Below, piece by piece: positions 29,674 to 44,992 of a stretch of 64,000 nt of DNA. Within the stretch, counting starts at the first letter, position 1. Every line of letters begins with the position of its first letter. The translations under genes and the position numbers were made by a program. A model generated the notes under the pieces. It did not search any database. It saw only the letters and a list, made by a program, of their open reading frames with translations, and was not told where the DNA came from. The DNA is from the human T2T-CHM13v2.0 reference genome, Homo sapiens: the NCBI RefSeq assembly GCF_009914755.1, contig NC_060944.1; one strand, given 5' to 3'.

Positions 29674-29974
29674 GTTTGTTTGTTTGTTTGTTTTTGACAA
29701 AGTCTCACTCCATCACCCAGGCTGGAGTGCAGTGGCACAACCTCTGCTCACTGCAACCTTAGCCTCCTGAGTTCAAGTGATTCTTGTGCCTCAGCCTCCC
29801 AAGTAGCTGGAATTACAGGTGCACATCACCATGCCTAGCTAATTTTAGTATTTTTAGTAGAGATGGGGTTTCGCCACATTGGCCAGGCTTGTCTCAAACT
29901 CCTGACTTCAAGTGACCCGCGTGCCTCGGCCTTCCAAAGTGCTGGTATTACAGGCATGAGCGACTATACCCAAC
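29674..29974 (-). mobile_element. Alu
   Basis: Alu consensus with (TTTG)n tail. Confidence 0.9.
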
Positions 29975-30109
29975 CTCATGGAGGTTTTAGTGAGCTAATT
30001 GGAGAGAAAAATTGCCACAGCCACCTAATTAAGACAGGTATTTCTAAAACAACTTTACTTTTTCTACTTAATAATTATTTATCAAAGTTTGTAGGACTGG
30101 TTTAGAGAG

Positions 30110-30515
30110 TGATGTGATTTGGATGTTTGTCCCCTCCAAATCTCATGTTGAAATGTGATTCCTAATGTTGGAGGTGGGGCCTGGAGGTGACTGGATCCTG
30201 GGGCAGATCCCTCATGAATAGTTTAGCATTATCCACTTGGTGATAAATGAATTCTCACTCTCAGTTCACGCTGGATCTGGTTGTTTAAGAGTCTGGGAAC
30301 TCCACCTTCCCTGTCTCTTGGTCCTGATGATGCCATGTGAGATGTCTGCTACCCCATTACCTTCCGCCATGATTGGAAGTTTCCTGAGCCCCTCGCCAGA
30401 AGCAAATGCTGGAGCCATGCTTGTATAGCCTGCAGAACTGTAAGCCAATTAAACCTCTTTTCTTTATAAATTACCCAATCTCATGTATTTATAGTAACGC
30501 AAACAGCCTAACACA
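30110..30515 (+). mobile_element. MST-family (MaLR) solo LTR
   Basis: Starts TGATGTGATTTGGATGTTTGTCCCCTCCAAATCTCATGTTGAAA; ends AAGCCAATTAAACCTCTTTTCTTTATAAATTACCC...CTAACACA. Confidence 0.85.
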
Positions 30516-33500
30516 GCAAGCATATATTTATGTCAATTGTATACTTTAAATATGTATAGCTTATTTTATGCCAGTTGTACCTTAATGAAGCTGTTTAAAT
30601 TATTGCAGGACTTTTTAAAAGAGTCATCAGTAAGCCTCTGACGCATTAAAAAAAAACACATTATGATAAAATTTTGTGGTGGAACATGGAGTAGAAATTT
30701 GACTTCAAATAGAAAAAGAAATGATGCAAAATGTCTGACTCTTAGAAAAGAGCTTGTTCATGTATTTTTTAAATGGATGATTGTAGGTATCGAATTGCTA
30801 GGGCATTTAATTTAACTGGATACATTTAAAAGAGTGATGTAATTGTTTTACTTTTACGTGTATAAATTTACAATATGCCAGAAATTACAACCTTTGCAAC
30901 TATTTAAACTTTTGATGAAAAATGTTAAGCTATCAACTAAAAATTATGTCAAGGAGTACCTAGTCTTAAAATAATCATTTACAGAGTACACTAGCAAAAA
31001 AACAAAAACAAAAACTGAAAACAGCTCGTTTAGAGAGTTAATGGAAGTTCTTCTATAAAACTATCTTAACCTCCTGGAATTAAGGAAATAATTTCCCCTT
31101 CCCCAAGTTCTGAGAATCTCTAAAGGGATGCAACATGTTTGAATATAATTATTTGTGGATGTATGGGTCTTTAACCTGGGCTCCATGACTGGGGGCAGAG
31201 GACACATGCATGGTCAGTACTCCTCTAGGTTATGTGTCTCTGCATACATTATTTTGGGGCAAGAAACTTCAGATTCTTTCTTTATATCCACAAAAAGAGG
31301 ATGTTTGGGGGATCCTCCTTTTGGGTGATCCTGACCCCCAAAGAGTTAAAAATAATTTGTCCAAAACCTGAGATTCTTTGAGAAGTTTTATTGGGTTCTT
31401 CTTTGGCCTCCAAAAAACAAAATGCAGTAGTCAAAGGTTTGTAATACTGAATAGGAGTTCCTAATTTCCTGCATGGGGCTGAGGTACAAAAACCCAAACA
31501 ACCAAACAAAACCCACAGTGTTTACAGCCAGAAGTTCTTCATTAAAATCCTGTTTCCAGGACTTGCCAACTGGAGGAAAGTTTGTGAGTCCCTTTGCTCC
31601 TCCCTACAATGGAGATAATTCCCTCTTGAACTAATTAGGAGAATGGAATAAGGTGAAGTGGTGAACACATAACATATACTCACCTATGTTGGGTCCAGCA
31701 CTCTTTCTGTATATTCTAACCTGAGATTGAGTGAGTCTGAGAGATGGCATTGGTCAAACACTTTACATCCTCCCCCTAGCTTCCTTTCAAGCAAAAGGAA
31801 ATGATCTAGGACATCAACAGGCAGCCCCCTCCCATGGAGCTAAAAAATGAGCTCAGACCCAGCCTATAGCAGAGGTGGTGTCCCTCCCCCTTTTCTCAGA
31901 CTTCCTAGGCCGGAGTTAACCAAGGCTAGGTGCACACCTGGTACATCCAGAGACACCTTAAATGCTACCTTCTCCTGGAATCCTCCATCCTCTTCTTTTA
32001 ATTCTCATTTCTTCCTGCCTTGAGGTTTCTAGGACTCTATCTGTCCCACTCTTTGGGCAGGCATCCCTTTCTCACTCATGTTAGTTTTAGGTGAAGAGCA
32101 CAGTCTTCAAAGTTAAAGAGACCTAGATTGCAATCTTGGTGGTATGGAGCAAGACACTTTTTCTCTCTGTGCCTCAGTTTTCTCATGTGTCCCCCCATGT
32201 AATTTGAGGGTCATTATAGTTCTTAACATCATAAAAATGTTAAGACTACAGTGCTTAGCACAATACGGAGCATCAAAGTGTTATCTATTTTTATAATCAA
32301 GGGGGCCTCCCCATAAGAGTCTTGACTTACTCCCCTCCCCAGCAGCTCCTCACACATGGTTAATAACAGGTAACACATTACTATTTTCAGAACAGAAAAA
32401 GGATTGGGCCATAGGGCTCTCGCCCAGGATGGTGCCAACCCTTTCTGGTCTTCCTCAGTTTATGTAAATCTCTCTCCAGCTACAGATAATGACAGCTTAG
32501 AGTTTCCAGGGGCTGTGGAATGTCCAGCCACTGCCTTGCATAACCACAGAAACTAAGAACACTAGGCCCAGAAGGGTCCTCTCAAATCATTCAGTCCAAC
32601 AGTACCCGCATTATAAGATAGGCAAACCGAGGCCCACACAGTGAATCAGCATCCACCACAGGCATTTTGAAGAATTCTAAAAATAACACCTCCAATTACT
32701 CTTTCCACTTGCTTTGCTTTATTTTTTTGTCGTAACATTTCCCTTACCTGCCATCACACACTTATTCTTTTACTTGTTTATTTTCTGTTTTCTCTGCCAC
32801 ATGTAAGTTTCATGAGGGCAAGAACATTGTTGTGTTCACAACTGCATCCCTTGCACCTTGTCCAAGGTCTGGCAGAGGTTTACATTCAGTAAATACTTGT
32901 CGCATGGATAACTGGATGAATGCCATTTGGACATTTTCCCTTAGAGGCTCAGATGTAGCAATTCACTCACTTGGTCATTTATCCAAAAAACATCTGATGA
33001 ATATCTTGTATGTGAGAAGCTTTTCGATAAATCCTGGTGAACAAGACCTGTCCGTGTTCTTAAGCAGCTCCCTGATTAGCGGACAATAGCTGCCAGCTAT
33101 ACAGTAGACTGAGGATCTACTATATGCCAAGCTGTGGGCTGGCAACTTTATATGCATCTTCTCTGTCTTAGCTCAGTTCTTGCAATTGCAAGGAAACATG
33201 CCTCACTCAGGACTCCTTAAGAAAAGGCTTAGGAGTTATTAGGAGGACCGGGAGGGCTAAAGGTTAAAACTGAAAGGGAAACATCAAGGACTGAGATGAT
33301 GCCACAGACTGGCTGACTCATCTCTTGCTCTTTAAGCCTGCTTATTCTTTCTTTAAGAGTGTCTCTTCTTTTTCCTGGATGTGTGCCTCTCTCTCTTTTA
33401 CTGACTTACTGGTTCTCTCTTCTAGTCTAAATTTTGGGAGGGGACCACAAGACTCATTGGCTTGGCCAATGGCCTTCCTTATTCCTTAAGTAAGCGCCTG

Positions 33501-34307
33501 CAGCCCAGACCACTTTTTGGATTACTATTTGGCCTAGAGGTTGAACATTTAGCTTCTCACATACCCTGAGCAGAGTGTATGTTTAATCAGAAGGGAGTGT
33601 TGAGCATCATCTTCACTTGGATGCTGTGAAGTAAGTAGTTTTATCTCTATTTTACAGATGAGAAAACAGGCTGAGCAAGGAGAAATGACAACAAAACCGT
33701 AACTGTAACAAAGCTGCCCTAACCCACCTGCAAATCTACAATTGAGAAATCCATTTCTGTTGCCCCTGAGATTTGTGGGGTGTTTGTTAAGTAGCAAAAG
33801 CTGACTGATACAAGATTCAAACTCAAGTTTCTTTGATTCTGTCTGCATCACCATGCTGTCTCACTGAACTTACAGCCCTGATTCCTGTTCCTGATTCCCA
33901 AGTGTCCTGTCCTAAAAGGAGCAGAGATAAATATTGTATTCATCCATTTTCTGATGTTATAACAGAATCCCACACTGTTGGTGTTCTGAGTATACTGACA
34001 TTCCTTGACGCTAGATTTTATATTGTTGATTGACTTGTTTATCATCTCTCTCCTCTATGAGATTAGAGTATTTTCTCTTTATTCACTTTATTCATTTATA
34101 TCCATACCACCTGGATCAGTTTCTGGCACATAATAAATGCTCAATGAATATTTATCAAGTAGATGATTGAATGAATAAATAATGATAAAAAGGAAGTGTA
34201 AAAAAACAACTTTTCATCTTAAAACAAGGCCCTGAGTCCTTTAAGGTCAGAATAAAGAATAATTTCTAGGTAGGGACAGAAAGTTTAGTACATGATGGAT
34301 GGGGTCA

Positions 34308-34940
<633 letters not shown>

Positions 34941-34944
34941 CAAC

Positions 34945-35166
34945 AGTACAACAATGAAAATAATACAAATAAAAATTAAAATATAGTTTCACAACTATTT
35001 ACATTGTATTAGATGTTTAGAGATGACTTAAAGAATGTGGGAAGATTGCATAGACTATATGCAAATACTATACCACTTTATATAAAGGATTTGAGCTTCT
35101 CTGGGTTTTCATATCTGCCAGGAGTCCTGGAACCAACCACCCATGGATGCTGAGGGATGGCTGTAC
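34945..35166. mobile_element. Tigger3-like (TcMar) terminal fragment
   Basis: TATATGCAAATACTATACCA...GTCCTGGAACCAA...CATGGATGCTGAGGGATGGCTGTA terminus. Confidence 0.7.
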
Positions 35167-35520
35167 TCAGAGGTCCTTCCACCCACTGTCATGCCTGGCA
35201 TCATCCACCCTGCATAGATAGAGGGTTTGCAGAAAACCCCTGATCATTAGACACAGAACACAGAAAACCAGTTTCCTGACTCCCTCTGGTGTGAAGGAAA
35301 GAACAGGGAGGTTGGGGTGGAAAGTTAGAGTGGAAAGACAGACACCCCAGATGTTTCTTAACTTTTGATTATTCCAGCTGACAAGACATGCCACACCTCA
35401 ATGTGTACTGAGTGTGAGTCACTTCCTTCTCTAAGCCTCAATTTCCTTACCTGTAACATGTGGACAATGTTTATACCTACATCCCTGGGGCTGTTGCAAC
35501 AATAAGATGAGGTCAGGTAG

Positions 35521-35874
<354 letters not shown>

Positions 35875-38217
35875 TGAGAAGGAATAGTGTGTGGAGTCAA
35901 ACTGGCCTGGGTTGGAGTTCAGCTCTACCACTCACTGGCAGCATGGCTCTGGGTAAATGTCCCTTCTCTGAGCCTCAGGATCTGCATGTGTTCAGTGGGG
36001 CTATTAATAGTTCTCAACTCACAGGCTTGTTTTAGAAATTAAATAAGGATTAAATTATATAAGTGCCTGTCATACAGTAGATGCTCAGCAAATATTCCTC
36101 CCCAAACACAGACACAAACAGCACTTAAAGCAACCTGGGTAACAAAGGGGTTTTCGGTCTGGAGGAGAAACCAGGCAGCTAATGAGCTCTCTCTCCAGTT
36201 TTCCTTCTAAGAGAGGAACTCACTGGCCAGAGCCCAGGATGGTCACCGATGTAGAGGACAGGCAGCCAACTCCAAGCCTCCCACGTGGGGTTTCCAAAAA
36301 CCTGTGAGCACAGAGTTGCATAACGTGTCCCTGAGACACGTGTTTCTACTGAAGTGTCTTCATCAAATATTCCCTGAAAGGAAACATGTGAGCAGGGCAG
36401 TAGGGCAGCCTAGCGGGGGAGGAAGGGAGAGGGGGAGGAAGGGAGAGAGGGAGGGATCTAGAGAACACGACAGTAGGGGTGAGAGGAGGAAGAGAAGGTA
36501 TCACATTTAATGTGCTCTTACTATGGGCCAGCCACCGGGCTTGACTTGTCTGATACATTGTTAGATCCTTGCCATAAATCTGAGATCAGGCATTTCCGTT
36601 CCCACATTCCAGAGGAAGAAATAATAACAATCATATTAACATTGCTGAGGTTAACATAGTGCCCACTGCATATCAGGCAGTGGACTAAGCACACATTTGA
36701 CCCTCAGGACAGCCCATAACATGGGTACTATTCTGAACTCCACTTTATAGAAGAGGAAACCAACTGAGACTCAGAGACATGAAGTAACTTTCCCAAGGTC
36801 ACCCAGCAGGACAGCAAGACAGCCAGAGAGCCAGGATTCGAATCTAAGCAGGGCTCTCAAGCCTATGGGCCTATGGGAGAACATTTCCCAAGGGATTTAT
36901 GGGGGTGGATCCAGAAGGTGACCTTAGCGATTGTCCTTACATGCATGCAGTGGGGCCCCAGTGTGAAAGTGACGAAAGAGACCAAGTGACCAGAGGCACT
37001 CCCCTCCCCTCCACCCAAAGGACAGTTTGTCCCAGCTTGTGGCTTTTCGTCACTCTGCCTCTGACCTGAAGTTTAACATTTCATTCATAAGTTTGGAACC
37101 ACAGACTTGGCAGCGTAGGAAGAACCCTCGTAGACCAGCTAGCTATTCAAATCCAATCCCCTCATATTACAGATGGAAGAAAACCCTGAAGCCGGAATGT
37201 GACTCGCCAAGGTCACAGAGCAGTTTTCTGTTGGATGAAGGAGCCGGTTTAGGGTCAACTACAGATCATCTTGTGCTGTAGTTATCAAATGTGGGTGCAC
37301 CTCTGAATCACTTGGGGAGCTCTCTAAATACACAGATTTCCACACTCTGCTTTGGGAGACTTGAACTGGACTTAGGTTTGCAAACAAGGACTGGAAATTT
37401 GAATATCCAGTATGTTCCTCAGGTGATTCAGATGGCACAGGGCCACGACAGCATCTGCAAGTCGGAGTCCAATGTCCCTCTTTCATTTGATAGTTTGGGA
37501 TACTGGGACCCACCAGGGGACTCGCCCAAGGTCACATAGCAAGCCAGTGGGGCTCTAGTTCAGACTCTGTGGTCTGAAGCAGACTGCTTGTGGTCAAATT
37601 TGAAAATGGGCCAATGAAGCTAAACAAGGGGGTTGCCATGATTTTCCCCAGCTCTTGGTTTCCTTCTTGGATCCAAATTAAGACGGAGGATGATGTACAT
37701 TTCCGAAGCTTGGCAAGGCGGGAATCCAAGAACTGAACTCCCAAAGGGGAAAGGAAAGGGCAGGAGGTTAGCTTGCACGCCCAGTGGGGTTTTCCCAGAG
37801 GTGAGCTCCGGACTCCAGGGATGACATCAGACATTCCAGCCAGCCCTAATATCAAAAGCTACCTGTGTTTTCTAGTTCAGCAGAATGGGGCAGGCCTTTC
37901 CTATTGGGAGGAGATGGGGTGGAGTGGGCCCAGCTGTGACGTGAAGGGAGCAGAGCCCAGGAAGAGCCACGCATTCCAGCATCTGCAAGGAAGACAGCTG
38001 CCCTGGGTATTGTCAACCTCTGCAGCCCTTTTCTAAGCCTTTCCTCCCATTTCTCCCTAATCCCTCACCCCAGGGCTAACTGAGCAGAGAGATTCACTGC
38101 CCCTTTTCCACTTCCTGCTACTCCACCACCTATTTTACTATCTCCCTTCCTTTATTTCCCTCTCCCTCCCTCCCTTCCTCCCTTCTTTCCTGTTCTTTTA
38201 TTCTAAAATGGCATCTT

Positions 38218-38810
38218 GGCTGGACACAGCGGCTTATGCCTGTAATCCTAACACTTTGGGAGGCCAAGGTGGGAGGATTGCTTGAGCCCAGGGTTCAGGA
38301 CCAGCCTGGACAACATAGGGATACCCTGTCTCTACAAAAAAATAAAATTAAATGAAAAATCAAAAAAGCCAAGTGCGGGCCAGGCATGGTGACTCATGCC
38401 TATAATCCCAGCACTTTGGGAGGCTGAGGCGGGCAGATCACTTGAGGTCAGGAGTCCAGACCAGCCTGGCCAACATGGTGAAATCCCGTCTCTACTAAAA
38501 ATACAAAAATTAGCTGGGCATGGTGGCACACACCTGTAATCCCAGCTACTCAGGAGGCTGAGGCATGAGAATCGCTCGAACCCGGGAGGCGGAGGTTGCA
38601 GTGAGCCAAGATCATGCCACTGCACCCCAGCCTGAGCGACAGAGCAAGACTCCGTTTCAAAAAAAGCCAGGTGTGGTGGCACATGCCTGTGGTCTCAGCT
38701 ATTCGGGAGGCCGAGGCTTGGGCCTGGGAGTTTGAGGGTGCAGTGAGCCATGATTGCACCACTGCAAACCAGCATGGGTGACAGATTGAGACCCTGTTTC
38801 AAAGAACCAA
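38218..38810 (+). mobile_element. AluJ-like element with a nested AluS (38378-38665)
   Basis: Inner Alu flanked by AAAAAAGCCAAGTG and AAAAAAGCCAGGTG. Confidence 0.9.
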
Positions 38811-39289
38811 ACTAAACCAAACCAAAACTAAACTAAAAGTCATCTTGATGTTTGGAGTCAGTTGTCCTGAATTTGAATCTCAGCTCTGCTCCCTGTGTGC
38901 TCTCTGACCTAGAGAGTCACACCACCTCCCCCCAAGCCTAGTTTCCTCCCCTATAAAAAGGGGACAATAGCTATATTTTCAGATTGTGAGAATTAAACAA
39001 GATCATGTAGGCACTTAAGAAACAGATGTTTTCTCAGAAACACTAGATCATGTGCATAATCAGTGAACTAGAGGAATTTGAATACATATTTGTTGGACTG
39101 AATTGAGGTGCCTAAAAGAATGGTTGAGCTGGAAAGCACCTAAGAAATCTTTGGGCCTTAATAACTCCCCAACTGGAGTCCAGGGGAACTGTTCAGGGTA
39201 TTTCCAAATGATAAGGACAATCGCACACTCTCAATAAAGTCTCAAGTTTCTTTACTTTTGTCTGGAATTGTATCAGCTCAAGGTGATAA

Positions 39290-39647
<358 letters not shown>

Positions 39648-40005
39648 TAAGTTTTTTTTTTAATGAGAAAATAATTACTGGAAGGTAGATTAAATGGTGG
39701 AAAACGTTAATCATGTCCAACTCCTCATTTCATAAACAGGGAAGCTGAGGTTTAAAGAAGGAAGTGGCTTGCTGGTCACACTGGGTGGCATAGCTGGCCC
39801 TAAAACCCAAATTCTTTTCCTGGAACAACTTACTTCCCGTCTTTCCACTTCAGAGAGGGGGAACCTAGGATCAATGAAGTTGATGGGTTTTCGTCTGCTG
39901 GAGTAGGAATAAGTGAGTTATCGATTTGCTCTTGCTTTTTCTGTTCTTAACTCATTCAGCAAATATTTACTGACTGTCCACTATTCGGATTTGGAAGATA
40001 GATAA

Positions 40006-40540
<535 letters not shown>

Positions 40541-41009
40541 AACACTTGAATTTTAATACTTACTTTGCTACTAACTGTGTCGTTGAAACAGTATGTTGCT
40601 TTCCTTCTCTGGCCCTTAGCTTAACTATCTGTACAGCGGGAACATTGGCAAACTCCTACGTGGAGGAGCTTGCAGGTCCACTTCAAGTTATCAGACTCTA
40701 ACTAGGAGAAAACATTGAGAATTTAGGCTGAAAATAACGACACAGTTTATCACCTCGTTAATTCCCAAACATCATTACCGCGTCCTAAGCCACCCCACTT
40801 CCCTCTCCCCTAGCCGCCTTCCTTTAAAAAAAGAATTCCCCTCTAGAGGGCGCGCAAGCTCTGCGGCCTTCGTTCCTCTCTTCCGTTTGCCTTCACTCTT
40901 CCTTCTGCGCATGTGCTCAGTTCGCTATCCGGCTGCTTGTACCTGGTTCAGGAGGTTCAGGCAGAGGTTGCACCCACTACGCCTGCGCAACCTCAGCCCC
41001 GCCCCTCCG

Positions 41010-41190
41010 CTGCTTTCCCCGGAAACGTTTCTTTCCTACGCAGCCGCTCCTGCCGCCGTGGTCGCTGGAGCTTTGCCTCTCTAGGCCGGCAGCGCCTCTC
41101 CTCCATGGTCCTGTCTGTCAGCGCTGTTTTGGGAGCCCGCCGGTGAGGCCGGGCCACGCTCAGACACTTCGATCGTCGAGTCTGTCACTG
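41010..41190 (+). other. SYS1: SYS1 non-coding exon 1 (start approximate)
   Basis: Strong donor CTG|GTGAGT at 41190/41191, upstream of the acceptor at 41403. Confidence 0.7.
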
Positions 41191-41406
41191 GTGAGTAGAC
41201 CCCAGAGGAGCTCGTGTACGGGCGGGGGCCGCGCAGGCGGAATGGGCTGGATTTCCCCTCACTCTGAGAATGGGTCTGTCTGCCCCGCCTTCCCCCTGAC
41301 TCTTGGAATGGGCTCACCCCTTGGTTCCAGTCCCTCCTCCCGGGCGGGGCGACGTTGCCATGGAGACAGGCCGCTGGCTGAGGCCCGGCTCGTGTCCCTG
41401 CAGGGC

Positions 41407-41568
41407 ATGGCGGGTCAGTTCCGCAGCTACGTGTGGGACCCGCTGCTGATCCTGTCGCAGATCGTCCTCATGCAGACCGTGTATTACGGCTCGCTGGGCC
41501 TGTGGCTGGCGCTGGTGGACGGGCTAGTGCGAAGCAGCCCCTCGCTGGACCAGATGTTCGACGCCGAG
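41407..41568 (+). CDS. SYS1: SYS1 Golgi trafficking protein, first coding exon
   Basis: CAG|GGCATGG; MAGQFRSYVWDPLLILSQIVLMQTVYYGSLGLWLALVDGLVRSSPSLDQMFDAE; GT at 41569. Confidence 0.98.
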
Positions 41569-42331
41569 GTAGGGTCCCCGGACTGGGGCGGGTGGGGTCT
41601 CGGCCTCCCCGAGTAGGCTTTGTGGTCCATCACTACTGTGCTGTAGACGTGGCTGGGTCACCTTCTTTCTTTGTAGCCCTGGGAAAGGGATTTCACCTTT
41701 CTGAGCCTCAGCTGCCTCATCCATAAAATGGAATGACAGCAGAGGCTGATTAGTACAAAGAAAAGGGCCTGGATGTTAATACAATAAACACGTCTGTGTT
41801 CCAGGCAACTCTGATACATTTCCTTTCTGATACTCTGGGAAAGTGACTTGATTTCTCTGAGCTAGGTTCTCAGGTGCCATATCGGAGAGAGGGGTGGATA
41901 AAAGAGCATTCGTGCGGGTACAGTGGAAACTGCCTGGACTTTGGGGTCAGACAGGCGTCCGTTTAAGATCCACTTACTAGTTGTGTGACCTGGGGCAAAT
42001 GTCACCTCTGTGAACTTGTTTTCCTGTCTTCAAAACCATGAGACTAGTTGCAGAGAGGTCGTGGACTGCAATATAAAGAGCATGTGCTTTGGGTTCAGAA
42101 AAGCAAGGGTTCAGTCTAGGCCTAAACATATAAAACTAGCTGTGGGACCTTGGGCAAGTTGCTTCCCCTTTCTGAGCCTTTTCTGAAAAGTGGGCCGGAT
42201 GCTCCTACCATGTTGCCCTCAACAAAATGTTACAAGGCCCAGAGGGGTTTAGGAATAAGAAGGTACTTTGTAAAGTGTAAAGGAGGCCTATAAGTTGTTA
42301 CATCTAAGAGGCAGCTGTGGCGTGGTGATGA

Positions 42332-42647
<316 letters not shown>

Positions 42648-43010
42648 GAGCACAGTTCTTAAAGCCAGGAGACCTGGGATGGAGTCCTTGCTCCTGCTGC
42701 TTGTTCTCTGTGTTAGCCCTTGGGCAAGTTATTATCCAAAAAGTGATAAGAATTAAAAGAAGAAGAATGGCTTTGCGAGGTTTTTTTAGGGATAATATGA
42801 GATTATGTATGTCAAAGACCTTTCTTTGTCAGCTGAAAGTGTGGTGCAGATGTTTGGCATTTGATAGTATTGTGTTGGATAGTGGAGGTTGCACACCCAC
42901 CATATGCCTAGTTGTAGTCTCGTAGGAGACTCTATGCTCCTGGGAAGAGCTGTGGGAATGCCAGGCTTTGTTGAAGAGCCATATGATGCACACAACCTGA
43001 GTTCTAGCCT

Positions 43011-43202
43011 AGGGATCAGCAAACCTTTCCTTTAAGGGTGAAGTAGTAAGGATTTTAGGTCACAATTATTCAGCTCTGCCATTGTAGCACAGAAGGCTGC
43101 TATAGACAAATATATAAGTGAATAGGTGTGGCTGTGTTTCAATAAAACCTTATGTACAGGAGCAGATGCCGGGCCTATGGAGCCATAGTCAGCTGAACGC
43201 TG
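43011..43202. mobile_element. MER58A-like hAT relic
   Basis: AGGGATCAGCAAAC...CAGCTCTGCCATTGTAGCAC...; flanks TTCTAGCC and TTCTAGAC. Confidence 0.7.
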
Positions 43203-43495
43203 TTCTAGACTTTACTCTTGTTGTTTATTACTTTGGGCAACTTAACTTGTCTGAGTTTTTACGTCCTCCTTTGTAAAATGAGAATAATCCCTTTCCACCT
43301 GCTGTGAGAAACAAATGAAATCCCATAATGGATGTCTATGAAAGCACCTATTGGAAATAGGCTGCCGTACAGATGTAGGGAGGTATTATCTTCTGTGCTC
43401 TGGGAAGAATGCTTGTTCCTTAGGAGGCTTGCTGAGATCCTGGGGCTCTGCCAAGTCACTTCTCCAGTATATTTCCATTTGTGATTCCCCCTCAG

Positions 43496-43563
43496 ATCCT
43501 GGGCTTTTCCACCCCTCCAGGCCGGCTCTCCATGATGTCCTTCATCCTCAACGCCCTCACCTG
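43496..43563 (+). CDS. SYS1: SYS1 second coding exon
   Basis: 68 nt encoding ILGFSTPPGRLSMMSFILNALT(C); CTCAG acceptor; GTGAGT donor. Confidence 0.98.
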
Positions 43564-43989
43564 GTGAGTATCACCAGTTTTGCTATCCAGCTTTTGGGCT
43601 CTTAGTGCTGGGACTAACTTCCTAAGTTTGAACATGAGACAGGCTGGCACTTGTTTCTGGGGAGTGGTGGAGTAAAGTGGGTGACAGAGGCCAGTTCTGG
43701 GACCAGCTGTATAATGGGCCTCCTTCCATTGCTGTTTTGACTTACCTGGAAAGCTCTTATGTCACTATGTTTGTGCTGCCTGCAAGACAACTTCCATCTC
43801 AGATAACTTCCCTGATGTGGAGTGAGCTGAGAAAGGATTCGACCGAGAGGCAGGAGAACTGGGTTCTGTTCTTGGTTTGTGTGCCATTGGCCAAGTTACT
43901 TGCCATGGGCCTCAGGCTCCTCTTTTGTCCATGAGGGTTTGGACTCAGTGATGTCTAAGGTCACACGTAATCATTGCCTGTCTCTTAAG

Positions 43990-44205
43990 AGGCAGTTTAG
44001 CATAGTGGTCAAGGTGTCAGGCTCTGGAGGCAGACTCATTTGGCATTGAACCTCAGCTTTACTACTAGTCTAGTGACTTTGGACAAGTTAATCTACCACA
44101 GTTGCCTCATCAGTAAAATGGGGCTAGTAATATTACCTACCTCATAGTTGTAAGGATTAAATAAGTTAATTCACAAGAAGGACTTAGAACAGTGCCTTGC
44201 ATGTT
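43990..44205 (+). mobile_element. MIR
   Basis: AGCATAGTGGTCAAG...GCCTCATCAGTAAAATGGGG...CTTAGAACAGTGCC. Confidence 0.75.
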
Positions 44206-44751
44206 ATTATTATTCTTGTCCTTACACCGGAGGTTGAAAACTGGTGGGCTGACTTTGACCTAAATTTGTCTTCCAGATAGGTTCTATTTGGCTTACATAG
44301 ATGTCAGCCCACACATGGTGTTTAAAACATTTTTTTCACTTAGTTGAAAATCAGGCTATTTTATATAAAAATCCAGATTTCTGGCTTCTCTTGAATAATG
44401 GAATGACTGACTGATTCCAGGCCAACCTTCTAGCATGATAAGATTTGCCTAGATGCAAGTAGCTACTGCCCCCCTTTAGCTAGAACATGTATGCTTCAGG
44501 GTGTCATGATCCCCACCAATTCCTAGGATCCCCTAGTGACAATTGCCATCGATCATCAAGCTCATACTCAGTCAGCTTCACTCTTGACATTACCCGCCAG
44601 GTTCTTCTAGGCGTCTGGTATCATAACCCTTGCTTCACACTTATCTTGTCACTTCTGACCACTATGCTGCCGTCCTAATTGTCCCTACCCTCCCAAATAA
44701 CCTAAGGCCAGGACAACCCAGTGACAACTCACTGCTGTCCTCTCCCCACAG

Positions 44752-44992
44752 TGCCCTGGGCTTGCTGTACTTCATCCGGCGAGGAAAGCAGTGTCTGGAT
44801 TTCACTGTCACTGTCCATTTCTTTCACCTCCTGGGCTGCTGGTTCTACAGCTCCCGTTTCCCCTCGGCGCTGACCTGGTGGCTGGTCCAAGCCGTGTGCA
44901 TTGCACTCATGGCTGTCATCGGGGAGTACCTGTGCATGCGGACGGAGCTCAAGGAGATACCCCTCAACTCAGCCCCTAAATCCAATGTCTAG
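44752..44992 (+). CDS. SYS1: SYS1 last coding exon
   Basis: 241 nt encoding ALGLLYFIRRGKQCLDF...PLNSAPKSNV*. Total CDS 162+68+241=471 nt, 156 aa. Confidence 0.98.

Larger units (their letters stand above)
40780..41620 (+). promoter_or_regulatory. SYS1: SYS1 CpG-island promoter (no obvious TATA box)
   Basis: CpG-dense. CTCF-like CCTCTAGAGGGCGC at 40840-40853, NRF1-like TGCGCATGTGC at 40906-40916, ETS-like CTTCCG/CCGGAA. Confidence 0.85.
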
